This document shows, one piece after another, positions 9,294 to 17,742 of a DNA stretch of 64,000 nt. Position 1 is the first letter of the stretch, and each line of letters begins with the position of its first letter. Position numbers and translations under genes: made by a program. The stretch comes from an uncultured Clostridia bacterium (GTDB lineage: Bacteria; Bacillota; Clostridia; Christensenellales; Borkfalkiaceae): contig CAMWIW010000007.1 of assembly GCA_947174415.1 (NCBI GenBank), positions 4,557-68,556 of the forward strand, read 5' to 3'. Under the pieces are notes generated by a model, which did no database searches, was not told the origin of the DNA, and saw nothing but the letters and a program-made list of their open reading frames with translations.

Positions 9294-10400
9294 ATGAAGT
9301 GTGTTTGTGAAGGTATCGATTTATCGGATGCAGTACTTAAAGTAGTAAAGGCTTGTTCTTCAAAGACTACAGTTCCCGTTTTGGAGTGCGTAAAGCTCTC
9401 AGCAAAAAACGACGGAGTAACTTTATCGGCAACGGACGGTGAAATTTCAATAATTAAGACCATAAAGGCCGAAATTTACGAGGAAGGGGACGTATGCGTT
9501 CCTGGTAAATACTTTGCCGATTTTATCAAAAAGCTTGAAGGGGTGCAGATTTCGCTCTCTTCCGAAGGCAATAAAATGGATATCGAATACGCCGACAGCC
9601 AAACGACGATGCAGGTTCTGTCTGCAGACGATTTTCCCCGTATTGATTTGGATATAACGGAGAACAGTTTCGTTATGAAAACGGCTGATTTGAAGGATTT
9701 TATCCGTTCAACTTCGTTTTGCTGTGCTACGGACGATTCAAGACCCATTTTAAAGGGCTGTCAGTTCCTTATAAGCGGCAATGATATATGCGTTACTTCG
9801 CTTGACGGGTTCAGACTTGCTACTATAAAGGGCACAGTAGTGTCTTCTACGGGCAATATGGAGATAATCTGCCCTGCAAGAACGCTTAACGAAATCGAAA
9901 AAATGATACCCGACAGCGAGGGAACTACAGAAATTTTCGTTCAGCGCGGCATAATTTTAGTTGCTTGCGACAATACGGTACTGACTTCCCGTCTTTACGG
10001 CGGAGATTTTATCAAAAAAGAGAATATTATCCCCAAAAATTTCGTTACCGAAGTTACGGTTGAAAAGGACAAGCTTAAAGCAAGTATCGAAAGAGCTGCA
10101 ATTCTCGTCAGAAACGATAAAAACAGCCTTATAATTTTCGATATTAGCGGGGATAAAATAGAAATTTCTTCGGCATCGGAAATAGGTAACGTCCAAGAAC
10201 CCGTCAAAGCAAAGGTAAGCGGAAAGGACGTTAAAATTGCAATGAACTCCAAGTTCATTATAGACGCTGTAAATGCGTTGCAAGAAGAGGAAATAACCCT
10301 CTCGTTCAATAACCATATTCAGCCGTTTATATGCCAAAATAAGGAAAATAAGGGTAAATTATACCTTATTTTGCCTGTAAGAATGAGTTCAAACGATTAA
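9294..10400 (+). CDS. dnaN: DNA polymerase III beta sliding clamp
   Basis: 368 aa, with typical N-terminus (LSDAVLKVVKACSSKTTVPVLECVKLSA) and C-terminus (LYLILPVRM). Confidence 0.9.
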   Translation: MKCVCEGIDLSDAVLKVVKACSSKTTVPVLECVKLSAKNDGVTLSATDGEISIIKTIKAEIYEEGDVCVPGKYFADFIKKLEGVQISLSSEGNKMDIEYADSQTTMQVLSADDFPRIDLDITENSFVMKTADLKDFIRSTSFCCATDDSRPILKGCQFLISGNDICVTSLDGFRLATIKGTVVSSTGNMEIICPARTLNEIEKMIPDSEGTTEIFVQRGIILVACDNTVLTSRLYGGDFIKKENIIPKNFVTEVTVEKDKLKASIERAAILVRNDKNSLIIFDISGDKIEISSASEIGNVQEPVKAKVSGKDVKIAMNSKFIIDAVNALQEEEITLSFNNHIQPFICQNKENKGKLYLILPVRMSSND

Positions 10401-10499
10401 ATAAAGCGGGTGGACAAGCTAAATAACGCTTGACTTGACGGATTATTTAATTATATAATAGAAAAAGACATTTTAAAACAGTCTATAAAGAGGTAATTT

Positions 10500-10634
10500 A
10501 TGAAAAGAACTTATCAACCCAAGAAAAGACAGAGAAGCAAAGTTCACGGGTTCAGAAAGAGAATGGCAACGACTGCCGGCAGAAAAACTCTGAAAAGAAG
10601 AAGAAACAAAGGCAGAAAAAAACTTACGGCTTAA
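10500..10634 (+). CDS. rpmH: 50S ribosomal protein L34
   Basis: Hand translation gives [44 protein letters not shown]. The RBS is agagg. It is below the ORF-track length cutoff. Confidence 0.95.
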   Translation: MKRTYQPKKRQRSKVHGFRKRMATTAGRKTLKRRRNKGRKKLTA

Positions 10635-10637
10635 AGA

Positions 10638-10967
10638 GTGAAATATCTGAGAATTAAAAAAAACGCCGATTTTCAAAAGCTGTTTAACAAGGGGAAAAAA
10701 GTGTTTTCCCCTAATATTACGTTATTGTATTTTTCAGCTAAGAAACTTTCAATGGGAGTTGCCGTATCCAAAAAGCACGGAAAAGCCGTAAAAAGAAACA
10801 GAATTAAAAGGCTTTTAAGGGCAGCGTTCAGAGATACTTGCGATTTGTTAGAGCGCCCTTATTCGGTAATTTTAATACCGAAAGTCGGTGGCGAATACAC
10901 CTTCGAAGCCTTTAAAAGAAGTCTTAATACGTGCTTTAAAAAGGTGAACGAATGCGGCAAAACTTAA
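10638..10967 (+). CDS. rnpA: Ribonuclease P protein component
   Basis: GTG start 4 nt after rpmH. Basic 109-aa protein (LRIKKNADFQKLFNKGKK). Confidence 0.85.
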   Translation: MKYLRIKKNADFQKLFNKGKKVFSPNITLLYFSAKKLSMGVAVSKKHGKAVKRNRIKRLLRAAFRDTCDLLERPYSVILIPKVGGEYTFEAFKRSLNTCFKKVNECGKT

Positions 10968-11239
10968 AAAAGTTTTTTAAAGCGGCAAGGAAAAAAGTGT
11001 TTAAGCCGTACTTTAAAATGCTTTTTATGCGGCTTATAGTTTTCTATCAAAAACACCTGTCTAAACACACTTGTCTGTACGAGCCGACGTGTTCGGAGTA
11101 TATGAAAAGGTCGATAAACAATAAAGGCGTTATAAGAGGCATACTAATCGGCTGCTGGCGGCTTTTAAGGTGTAATCCTTTATCAAAGGGCGGATATGAT
11201 CCCGCGCCCGAAAGAAGGGGCTTAAAATGGGTGTTTTAA
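10952..11239 (+). CDS. yidD: Membrane protein insertion efficiency factor YidD
   Basis: FYQKHLSKHTCLYEPTCSEYMKRSI...LLRCNPLSKGGYDPAP. Confidence 0.85.
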   Translation: MRQNLKKFFKAARKKVFKPYFKMLFMRLIVFYQKHLSKHTCLYEPTCSEYMKRSINNKGVIRGILIGCWRLLRCNPLSKGGYDPAPERRGLKWVF

Positions 11240-11250
11240 TCGGATTTTTT

Positions 11251-11285
11251 GCAATTAACCCCCATATATGCCTTAATTAAAGGGG
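11251..11285 (+). repeat. C5-ATATG dispersed repeat, copy 1
   Basis: gcaattaacccccatatatgccttaattaaagggg, 12 nt after the yidD stop. Confidence 0.65.
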
Positions 11286-11329
11286 TTTTTGCTCTATATT
11301 TTAAACGAATGGCAAAATAATTGATAAAT

Positions 11330-11367
11330 CTCATTACCCCCAACATATGTGCCAAATATCGGCATTT
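11330..11367 (+). repeat. C5-ATATG dispersed repeat, copy 2
   Basis: ctcattacccccaacatatgtgccaaatatcggcattt, in the yidD-yidC spacer. Confidence 0.65.
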
Positions 11368-11427
11368 TTTAAAAAAAGCAAGGTATAACGGAAAGATATT
11401 AAGATACCTTGGTTAAGCAGAACGCTT

Positions 11428-12669
11428 ATGAATATATTGAATTTACTTACAACTTCATCCAACTATTATACGGTTGGCGTAGCGCCCGTTAATGCGGGCG
11501 ACCTCAGCGGTATCGGCTGGGTAATCGGCTGGATATTCGATTTATTCTCGAACTTCTACGGCGCGGTTGTTCTGGGCGTTATCGTATTTACGCTTGCCTT
11601 GAAAACGTTGGTTCTTCCCCTCGATATTTATTCAAGGGTAAAAACCAAAAAGCAATCGCTTTTAATGGAGCGTATGCGGCCTCAAATGGAGAAGTTGCAA
11701 AAGCAATACGCGAACGATAAGAATATGTATCAGCAGAAAGTAATGGAGCTGCAAAAAGCCAACGGTTATAATCCTCTTGGCGCGTGTCTCCCGATGATAG
11801 TTTCTCTCGTCATATTCATGATTATTTTGAGCGCGTTTTCAACGTATTCGAACTATGCGATTTTGCGTGATTACAGCGAAATGGCAAAATATTATAACGA
11901 GACGGTAGCGGAATACGTTATAACCGAAGAAAATTTTGGTGAAGAAAGATTTCTTACCGCGGATGAATATAACGGAAACACGGTATATAAAGTAGAATTC
12001 GATAAGTTTGCAGCTTATTACGCTTCTGTTAACGCGGAATTTGACGCAAACGATTTTATGGATAATAAGTCGGAGCAGGACAAGTGGGAGATAGTTTCAA
12101 ACTTTATTGAACTGCACGCGCGTGAAAGGGCTGCGCAATACTACTTAGAAAACAGCGACGGTACGCACTTCGGATGGATAGGTAACCTTTGGTATCCCGA
12201 TTCTATGCTGAATAAAGAAGTTCCCGATTACGCAAAATTTACTTCAGCAACCACGCGAGCAGGCGTAACCGTTAGCGAAAACGACTACAACAACGTAACG
12301 TTTAATCTTGCGGAGCAGAAGAATAACTACAACGGATATTTCGTTTTAATCGTTTTATCCATAGGTTTAATGTTCTTGCAGCAGTTTATAATGATGCGCT
12401 CGCAAAAGGCGGCTAACGAACTGTCTTCGGTGGACGGCAGCGCGGCAAAAACCAACAAGTGGATGATGATAATCATGCCTATAATGTTCGGTTTGTTCTC
12501 GTTTATGTACAGTGCTGCGTTCTCCGTGTATATGATAACAAACACCTTGTACGGACTTATTTCAACTCTGATTATCAATAAAGTCGTAACCGTAAGGTTT
12601 GCAAATCAGGAAATAAAGTCGGCGTCTTCGTCAAGACCTACGAGCAAGGCGAGAAGATTGAAAAAGTGA
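11428..12669 (+). CDS. yidC: YidC/Oxa1-family membrane insertase with a large extracytoplasmic insertion
   Basis: Conserved block MRPQMEKLQKQYANDKNMYQQKVMELQKANGYNPLGACLPMIVSL. At 413 aa it is longer than the roughly 260 aa typical of Firmicute YidC. Confidence 0.85.
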   Translation: MNILNLLTTSSNYYTVGVAPVNAGDLSGIGWVIGWIFDLFSNFYGAVVLGVIVFTLALKTLVLPLDIYSRVKTKKQSLLMERMRPQMEKLQKQYANDKNMYQQKVMELQKANGYNPLGACLPMIVSLVIFMIILSAFSTYSNYAILRDYSEMAKYYNETVAEYVITEENFGEERFLTADEYNGNTVYKVEFDKFAAYYASVNAEFDANDFMDNKSEQDKWEIVSNFIELHARERAAQYYLENSDGTHFGWIGNLWYPDSMLNKEVPDYAKFTSATTRAGVTVSENDYNNVTFNLAEQKNNYNGYFVLIVLSIGLMFLQQFIMMRSQKAANELSSVDGSAAKTNKWMMIIMPIMFGLFSFMYSAAFSVYMITNTLYGLISTLIINKVVTVRFANQEIKSASSSRPTSKARRLKK

Positions 12670-12672
12670 GTT

Positions 12673-12709
12673 AAACCCCGTTATTTCAAGCATATGTGGG
12701 GGTCTAAGG
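12673..12709 (-). repeat. C5-ATATG dispersed repeat, copy 3
   Basis: The reverse complement reads ccttagacccccacatatgcttgaaataacggggttt. It starts 4 nt after the yidC stop and overlaps the jag Shine-Dalgarno (aaggag). Confidence 0.7.
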
Positions 12710-12719
12710 AGATATTGTA

Positions 12720-13664
12720 ATGGAAGAAAAGAACGTATTCGAGGGAAAAACCTTTGACGAGGCACTTGAGTTGGGGCTTAACGCTTTAGGGCTTACGATT
12801 GATGAAGTAGACTATGAAGTGCTGGAAGAAGGCAAGAAAAAGCTTTTCGGTTCGGTAAAGGCGAAAATAAGAATTATCCCTAAAAACGAAGCAAAAGAAA
12901 GCGTTGCTCCCGTAGAGAAGGTTAAAGAAGAAAAGAAGGCAGCTCCCGCTAAACCCGCTAAGAAGAGCGAAAAAACGGAAAAGCCTGCAAAAGAGCATAA
13001 CGGAGAAAGCGTTGACTTTGTAGAATTTCTAAACGGTCTGTTAGCGCATTTGGGCGTTGAGGGAAGCAGTGAAATCGTAAGTGAAGAAAACGGTATTCAC
13101 ATCGAAATTAAGACGACAAGCTCTGCAAGAGTAATAGGCAAGCACGGCGACGTTCTCGATGCTATTCAGAGTATCGTAGGCGCTGTTGCAAACATCGGTA
13201 AAGACGAATACAAGAAAGTGGTGGTAGACTGTGAAAACTACCGCGCTCAGCGTGAACAGACGCTTAAAGAATTGGCTTTAAAGATTGCCAATAAGGCGGT
13301 AGAATCGGGCAGAAAGATTATTTTAGAGCCTATGACGCCGTACGAGAGAAGAGTAATTCATTCGACGCTTGCCGACAATGCGGAAGTTAAGACGGCATCA
13401 GAAGGCAGAGAGCCTATAAGATATATCGTAGTTATTCCGAACAACGCGCGCCCCGGAGACAGGGGAGTAAGGTTCGGCGACAGGAGAAGAGCCGGGCGCG
13501 GTGATAGACGCGGACACAGCGGCCGAGACGGCGAAAGAAGGTTCGATAACCGTCGCAGAGAGGGCGGCGCAAGGCCCGCAAACAGCGGTGCAAAGCGCGG
13601 CAAAAAAGAGATTCATTTCGGTACTTTCCTTGGCAACAGTAACGACAATAAAACAGAAGAATAA
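12720..13664 (+). CDS. jag: Jag/KhpB RNA-binding protein (Jag_N, KH, R3H) with an Arg/Gly-rich tail
   Basis: KH-like VIGKHGDVLDAIQ, R3H-like MTPYERRVIHSTL, and its position after yidC. Confidence 0.85.
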   Translation: MEEKNVFEGKTFDEALELGLNALGLTIDEVDYEVLEEGKKKLFGSVKAKIRIIPKNEAKESVAPVEKVKEEKKAAPAKPAKKSEKTEKPAKEHNGESVDFVEFLNGLLAHLGVEGSSEIVSEENGIHIEIKTTSSARVIGKHGDVLDAIQSIVGAVANIGKDEYKKVVVDCENYRAQREQTLKELALKIANKAVESGRKIILEPMTPYERRVIHSTLADNAEVKTASEGREPIRYIVVIPNNARPGDRGVRFGDRRRAGRGDRRGHSGRDGERRFDNRRREGGARPANSGAKRGKKEIHFGTFLGNSNDNKTEE

Positions 13665-13665
13665 T

Positions 13666-13707
13666 CAATTGCCCCCCATATATGCCGCAAATAACGGTAT
13701 TTTGAGG
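13666..13707 (+). repeat. C5-ATATG dispersed repeat, copy 4 (best full-length example)
   Basis: caattgccccccatatatgccgcaaataacggtattttgagg, beginning 2 nt after the jag stop. Confidence 0.75.
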
Positions 13708-13724
13708 ATATAAAGATAAATATA

Positions 13725-13762
13725 AACGCCTCCTGCTCTTTCATTATGCAGGAGGCGTTTTA
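13725..13762 (+). terminator. Terminator after jag
   Basis: Stem aacgcctcctgc / gcaggaggcgtt followed by tttaag. Confidence 0.6.
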
Positions 13763-13766
13763 AGTT

Positions 13767-13806
13767 AAAAAAACCGCCCGCAGGCTTGCCTGCGGGCGGT
13801 TTGTGT
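13767..13806 (-). terminator. Terminator of the PEPCK gene
   Basis: Stem accgcccgcagg / cctgcgggcggt, followed by a T-run on the minus strand. Confidence 0.8.
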
Positions 13807-13811
13807 TAATA

Positions 13812-15701
13812 TTATTTATCGGTTTTCTTGGTTGCGGTTTTGGGCTTTTCGGAAGCTTCCGCAGTTTTAGCGGGCGCTTTCTTTTCTACCTTGCAGTTTT
13901 CTTTCAAGGTTGCAAGGCAGTTCCAAAGCTCTTCGGGAATTCTGTCTTTAATAGTGCCGTTGTAATATCCTTCAAGCTCTTCGGCCTCTTTTGCCCACTT
14001 CTCCTTGTCAACTTCAAGGATAGCTGACAAATCGTCGATACCGAACTTTTTGCCCGAACTGATTTCATAATCCAAATCGGTGAGGTCAATGTCCTCGGCT
14101 TTGGGAACGTAGCCTATTGCCGTTTCCTTAGCGTCTACGGGAGCGTCGGAGCAACGCTTTAATATCCATTCCAAAACGCGCATATTGTCGCCAAATCCGG
14201 GCCACATAAAGTTGCCGTCTTTATCCGTTCTGAACCAGTTTACGTTGAAAATTTTGGGAGGATTTTTAACCTTTTTACCCATCTCTACCCAATGTGCGAA
14301 GTAGTCGCCCATATGATAGCCGGTGAAAGGCTTCATAGCCATAGGGTCATGGCGGAGAACGCCGACTGCGCCCGCTGCTGCCGCCGTTGTTTCGGACGAC
14401 ATTGCCGAGCCGATAAATACGCCGTGATTCCAATCTCTTGCCTCGTAAACGAGGGGAGTGGTTGATGCGCGCCTGCCGCCGAAGATAATCGCGGAAAGGG
14501 GCACGGCGTCCTTTTCGGAATTGAATTTATCCGATATGCAAGGGCAGTTGCCCGCAGGTGCGGTAAAACGTGAGTTGGGGTGAGCTGCGCAAGTCGATTT
14601 GTCTTTCTTATCGAACTTAGCGGCATCCCAAGGTTTACCCGTCCAATCGATTACGTGTTCGGGAAGCTCTTTGGTAAGTCCTTCCCACCAAACGGTCATA
14701 TCGTCTGTGTTGAGCGCTACGTTGGTGAATATAGTTCCGCGCTTAGTGGATTGAAGTGCGTTGTAGTTGGAGTGCTCGTTCGTGCCGGGAGCAACGCCGA
14801 AGAAACCGTTTTCGGGGTTGACAGCCCAAAGCCTGCCGTCCTCGCCTACTCTTATCCAAGCGATGTCGTCGCCGATAGTTTCAATTTTATAGCCCAAATC
14901 GGTGTAATGTTTGGGGGGTATAAGCATTGCAAGGTTGGTTTTGCCGCAAGCGGAGGGGAAAGCTGCCGCTACGTATTTCTTTTCGCCGTCGGGGAAAGTT
15001 ACGCCGAGGATAAGCATGTGTTCTGCCATCCAGCCCTCGTTTTTACCCAGCCAGGAAGCTATTCTCAAAGCAAAGCATTTTTTGCCCAAAAGAACGTTGC
15101 CGCCGTAAGCAGAGTTAACCGAGATAATAAGGTTATCTTCAGGGAAGTGCATTATGTATCTCTTTTCGGCGTCTACGTTGCATTTTGCGTGGAAACCTTT
15201 TATGAAATCGCCGTCTTTACCGATTTTATTTAAAACCGACTTGCCTACGCGCGTCATAATATTCATATTGAGAACAACGTAGATGCTGTCGGTAACTTCG
15301 ATACCGTATTTTGCGAAATCGCTGCCAACGACGCCCATAGAATAGGGGATAACGTACATCGTTCTGCCCTTCATAGAACCGCGGGCAATCTCGTTTGCAA
15401 GCTCTTTCGCTTCTCTGGGGTCCATCCAATAGTTAATAGGACCTGCGTCTTCTCTGTTCTTCGTGCAGATAAACGTTCTGTCCTCGACGCGGGCAACGTC
15501 GTTCACCTTCGTGCGGTGAAGATAACAGTCGGGAAGAAGATGCTCGTTTAATTTGATAAGCTCGCCGCTTTTGACAGCCTCTTCTTTCAACGCTTTAATT
15601 TGGTCGGCGCTACCGTCAATCCAAACGATTTTATCGGGTTGAGCAAGGTCTGCGCTCTCTTGAACAAAATCCAAGACCTTTTTATTCTTAGTCAGTGCCA
15701 T
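13812..15701 (-). CDS. pckG: Phosphoenolpyruvate carboxykinase (GTP)
   Basis: GTP-PEPCK kinase-1a motif FPSACGKTNLAML. 629 aa with a Lys-rich C-terminal tail. Confidence 0.9.
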   Translation of the reverse strand: MALTKNKKVLDFVQESADLAQPDKIVWIDGSADQIKALKEEAVKSGELIKLNEHLLPDCYLHRTKVNDVARVEDRTFICTKNREDAGPINYWMDPREAKELANEIARGSMKGRTMYVIPYSMGVVGSDFAKYGIEVTDSIYVVLNMNIMTRVGKSVLNKIGKDGDFIKGFHAKCNVDAEKRYIMHFPEDNLIISVNSAYGGNVLLGKKCFALRIASWLGKNEGWMAEHMLILGVTFPDGEKKYVAAAFPSACGKTNLAMLIPPKHYTDLGYKIETIGDDIAWIRVGEDGRLWAVNPENGFFGVAPGTNEHSNYNALQSTKRGTIFTNVALNTDDMTVWWEGLTKELPEHVIDWTGKPWDAAKFDKKDKSTCAAHPNSRFTAPAGNCPCISDKFNSEKDAVPLSAIIFGGRRASTTPLVYEARDWNHGVFIGSAMSSETTAAAAGAVGVLRHDPMAMKPFTGYHMGDYFAHWVEMGKKVKNPPKIFNVNWFRTDKDGNFMWPGFGDNMRVLEWILKRCSDAPVDAKETAIGYVPKAEDIDLTDLDYEISSGKKFGIDDLSAILEVDKEKWAKEAEELEGYYNGTIKDRIPEELWNCLATLKENCKVEKKAPAKTAEASEKPKTATKKTDK

Positions 15702-15969
15702 AAAAAAATCACTCCTTAATTATTAACTGTTTTTTGCCGATATTCCCTTTTAATAAAGGTAACGCGGACAAGAAGCAAAAACTTCTACAAATAATATTAT
15801 ATTATAATCTGTCAAAAAAATCAAATTTTTGAATTAAAGAATTATGAAAATAAATACACAAAAACTACATATTTTTACATGAATATATAAAATTTGCGCG
15901 TTCGGCATATATATAATTAATTTAATCACGAATTTTCTTTAGCTTAAAAACTGAAAAGAAGGGAAATTT

Positions 15970-16986
15970 ATGGGCTACACAAAAAACATTGCGGTAATCA
16001 AAGGAATAAAGGACGGGTTCTCGGTTGACGGCGGAGCGCTGTCCGGTCTTGTCAAGGCGGAAAAGTACGGGGGTAAGCTTCGCGTTGAAGTGAGCCTTAT
16101 TAACTTCGCGCCCTTAACCGAGGGCAAATACGTCTGCGCCCTGTCGGACGGAACTACGACGCTGATAATCGAGCACGGCGAGTTCGAGGGGGAAAGTGCG
16201 ATAGAAACGGCGAACGGGTTTGCCGCGCTAATCTGCTACGTAAAGGGGCAGGTTTTCCCAATTGCCTCGGCAGTATGCGGCAACAACCACGATATTACGC
16301 TCAAATTAAAAGCCGAAGTGGAGCGTGAAGAAAACATTAAAGCCGCCCAGCTCGCCCGAGAGGAACGGGAGGCGTACAGCGCAGCGCAAAAAGAAGACAA
16401 TAATGCAGCGACGGAAGTTTACGAGGACGAGGCAATAGCGGAGGTAAATTATTATGAATACGCAGAAGCTTTTAAAGACGGTGGAGCTGTACGCGAGAAT
16501 AAAAAAGAAGAAAAAAACGGGGAAGAGGTTTGCGGCGATGAGACGGCTGTTAGCTCTGTCAAAGAAGGAGAAAACAGCATAAGACACGCTGAAAGTGCGG
16601 CATATTCGGGGGGCAACGGCGAAACCAAGAAGGTTAACCCCATAACTGAGGGCGGAATATTTTACGAAAGAATGAAGGAAGAAATAGACGGGATACTTGC
16701 CAAATACCCTCAGGAAAAGGCTTTAGAGGATTTAATCGAAGATTCTAAATGGGTAAGAATTACATACGGCGAAAGCGGTTTTTACGTGTTCGGCGTGCTA
16801 TATTCGGGGGGCAAACCGAAATATATATGTTACGGCGTGCCCACGAGCCAAAGCGACGCGCCCCCGCAAAGTATGGAAGGATTGGCGTCTTTTTTGCCCG
16901 CTTCACCCGATGATGGCGAGTGCGGCTATTGGGTTATGTATCAGGATGCGGAAACGGGCGCAAGCGTAAAGGTGAGCGTATGTTAA
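15970..16986 (+). CDS. Hypothetical two-domain protein with an acidic low-complexity linker
   Basis: 338-aa ORF with RBS gaagggaaa. No family recognised. Contains two repeat cores. Confidence 0.5.
   Translation: MGYTKNIAVIKGIKDGFSVDGGALSGLVKAEKYGGKLRVEVSLINFAPLTEGKYVCALSDGTTTLIIEHGEFEGESAIETANGFAALICYVKGQVFPIASAVCGNNHDITLKLKAEVEREENIKAAQLAREEREAYSAAQKEDNNAATEVYEDEAIAEVNYYEYAEAFKDGGAVRENKKEEKNGEEVCGDETAVSSVKEGENSIRHAESAAYSGGNGETKKVNPITEGGIFYERMKEEIDGILAKYPQEKALEDLIEDSKWVRITYGESGFYVFGVLYSGGKPKYICYGVPTSQSDAPPQSMEGLASFLPASPDDGECGYWVMYQDAETGASVKVSVC
16596..16619 (-). repeat. C5-ATATG repeat core, intragenic
   Basis: The reverse complement reads ccgttgccccccgaatatgccgca. It encodes AAYSGGNG. Confidence 0.45.
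16792..16818 (-). repeat. C5-ATATG repeat core, intragenic
   Basis: The reverse complement reads cggtttgccccccgaatatagcacgcc. It encodes VLYSGGKP. Confidence 0.4.
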
Positions 16987-17021
16987 AATAGGGCACAGCC
17001 TTTTCGGCTGCGCCCTATTTT
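16987..17021. terminator. Bidirectional terminator
   Basis: aatagggcacagcc tttt cggctgcgccctatttt. Confidence 0.7.
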
Positions 17022-17263
17022 AAACCTTTAAACGGTTTGAAGGCTATTAAAGAGTAAACGGTAAAAAGTGCGGAAACACCGCAAATTGCAAAAAAAGAAC
17101 GGTAAAAAAGTTCGTTGCCGAAACTCAAAAATCTTATCAAATCAAAGCCCGAAAGTGCGTATACACCCCCACATATGCCTAAAATAATGAGGTTTGCAAC
17201 GCAAAAATAGCAAGTCATTTTCATACTTAGAGTATGGGGGTAAATAAAAAAAATATTCCGCAA
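17015..17263 (-). CDS. Possible small hydrophobic protein (82 aa)
   Basis: The ORF lies directly downstream of 17279-17539 and has two or three hydrophobic segments. It overlaps a repeat copy, so the coding status is uncertain. Confidence 0.3.
   Translation of the reverse strand: MRNIFFIYPHTLSMKMTCYFCVANLIILGICGGVYALSGFDLIRFLSFGNELFYRSFFAICGVSALFTVYSLIAFKPFKGLK
17159..17192 (+). repeat. C5-ATATG dispersed repeat
   Basis: gtatacacccccacatatgcctaaaataatgagg. The 17-mer atacacccccacatatg is identical to the reverse complement of 52437-52453. Confidence 0.6.
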
Positions 17264-17278
17264 TCGAATGCGGAACTG

Positions 17279-17539
17279 TCAGATTGAAATATTATCGAGA
17301 ACCAATTTATCGAATTCGGGGTGCTCTGCGAAATCGCGGGGCAGGAATTTGACCGTTCTGAATTTGGCGTAATTAAAAATATGCGTCTTTAACAAAATGG
17401 GCGTTGCAATGTCCAACGCTTCGCATATGTCCGAAAGGTAGTTGAAAAATTCGGAATAAGTGAATTTGTCCTCACGCACGTAAGTTATTTGTTTTTTGAT
17501 TTTTTCGCCGACGATGATTTTCGCCCAAATTCTGAACAT
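17279..17539 (-). CDS. Hypothetical protein (86 aa)
   Basis: Clean ORF with no recognisable motif. Confidence 0.45.
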   Translation of the reverse strand: MFRIWAKIIVGEKIKKQITYVREDKFTYSEFFNYLSDICEALDIATPILLKTHIFNYAKFRTVKFLPRDFAEHPEFDKLVLDNISI

Positions 17540-17638
17540 ATAACCATTATACTGAATTTTTGCCCCGTTTGCAACTTTTTCTCAAAAACAATTTTAAGGA
17601 GCGCGTAAAATTCTTAAAGCGGGGTGGGGGTTTTTCTA

Positions 17639-17667
17639 TTGACAAAGGGCAAACGAAACTATATAAT
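17639..17667 (+). promoter_or_regulatory. Sigma-A-type promoter of greA
   Basis: ttgaca, exactly 17 nt, then tataat. Confidence 0.7.
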
Positions 17668-17682
17668 ATTGTAAGAAAAAGC

Positions 17683-17721
17683 AGTGATTTCGCGGTGCGA
17701 AATCACTTTTAATTATTTTTT
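17683..17721 (+). terminator. Promoter-proximal intrinsic terminator (attenuator) in the greA leader
   Basis: 11-bp perfect stem agtgatttcgc ggt gcgaaatcact followed by tttaattattttttaat. It sits between the promoter and the greA ATG at 17743. Confidence 0.65.
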
Positions 17722-17742
17722 AATATCGGGAGCAAAAAGAAA

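Noticed and set aside
8830-9463. ORFs of 85 aa (+) and 103 aa (-) upstream of and overlapping the dnaN start. I also checked them as possible dnaA remnants.
   Set aside because: There is no similarity to DnaA domains (no Walker A, no box-binding helix). They are AT-rich intergenic sequence and overlap the real dnaN start.
10321-10345. ccgtttatatgccaaaataagg near the dnaN 3' end. Other partial matches are 21848-21868 in holB, 20579-20600, 23388-23410, 54905-54925 and 58757-58780.
   Set aside because: They share only the ATATGCC(N)AAA part without the C-run and flank, so they cannot be separated from chance or normal coding sequence.
13358-13713. Several overlapping ORFs on both strands at the 3' end of jag.
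   Set aside because: They arise from the GC-rich Arg/Gly-repeat-coding tail of jag and from a repeat copy. No independent start signals are present.
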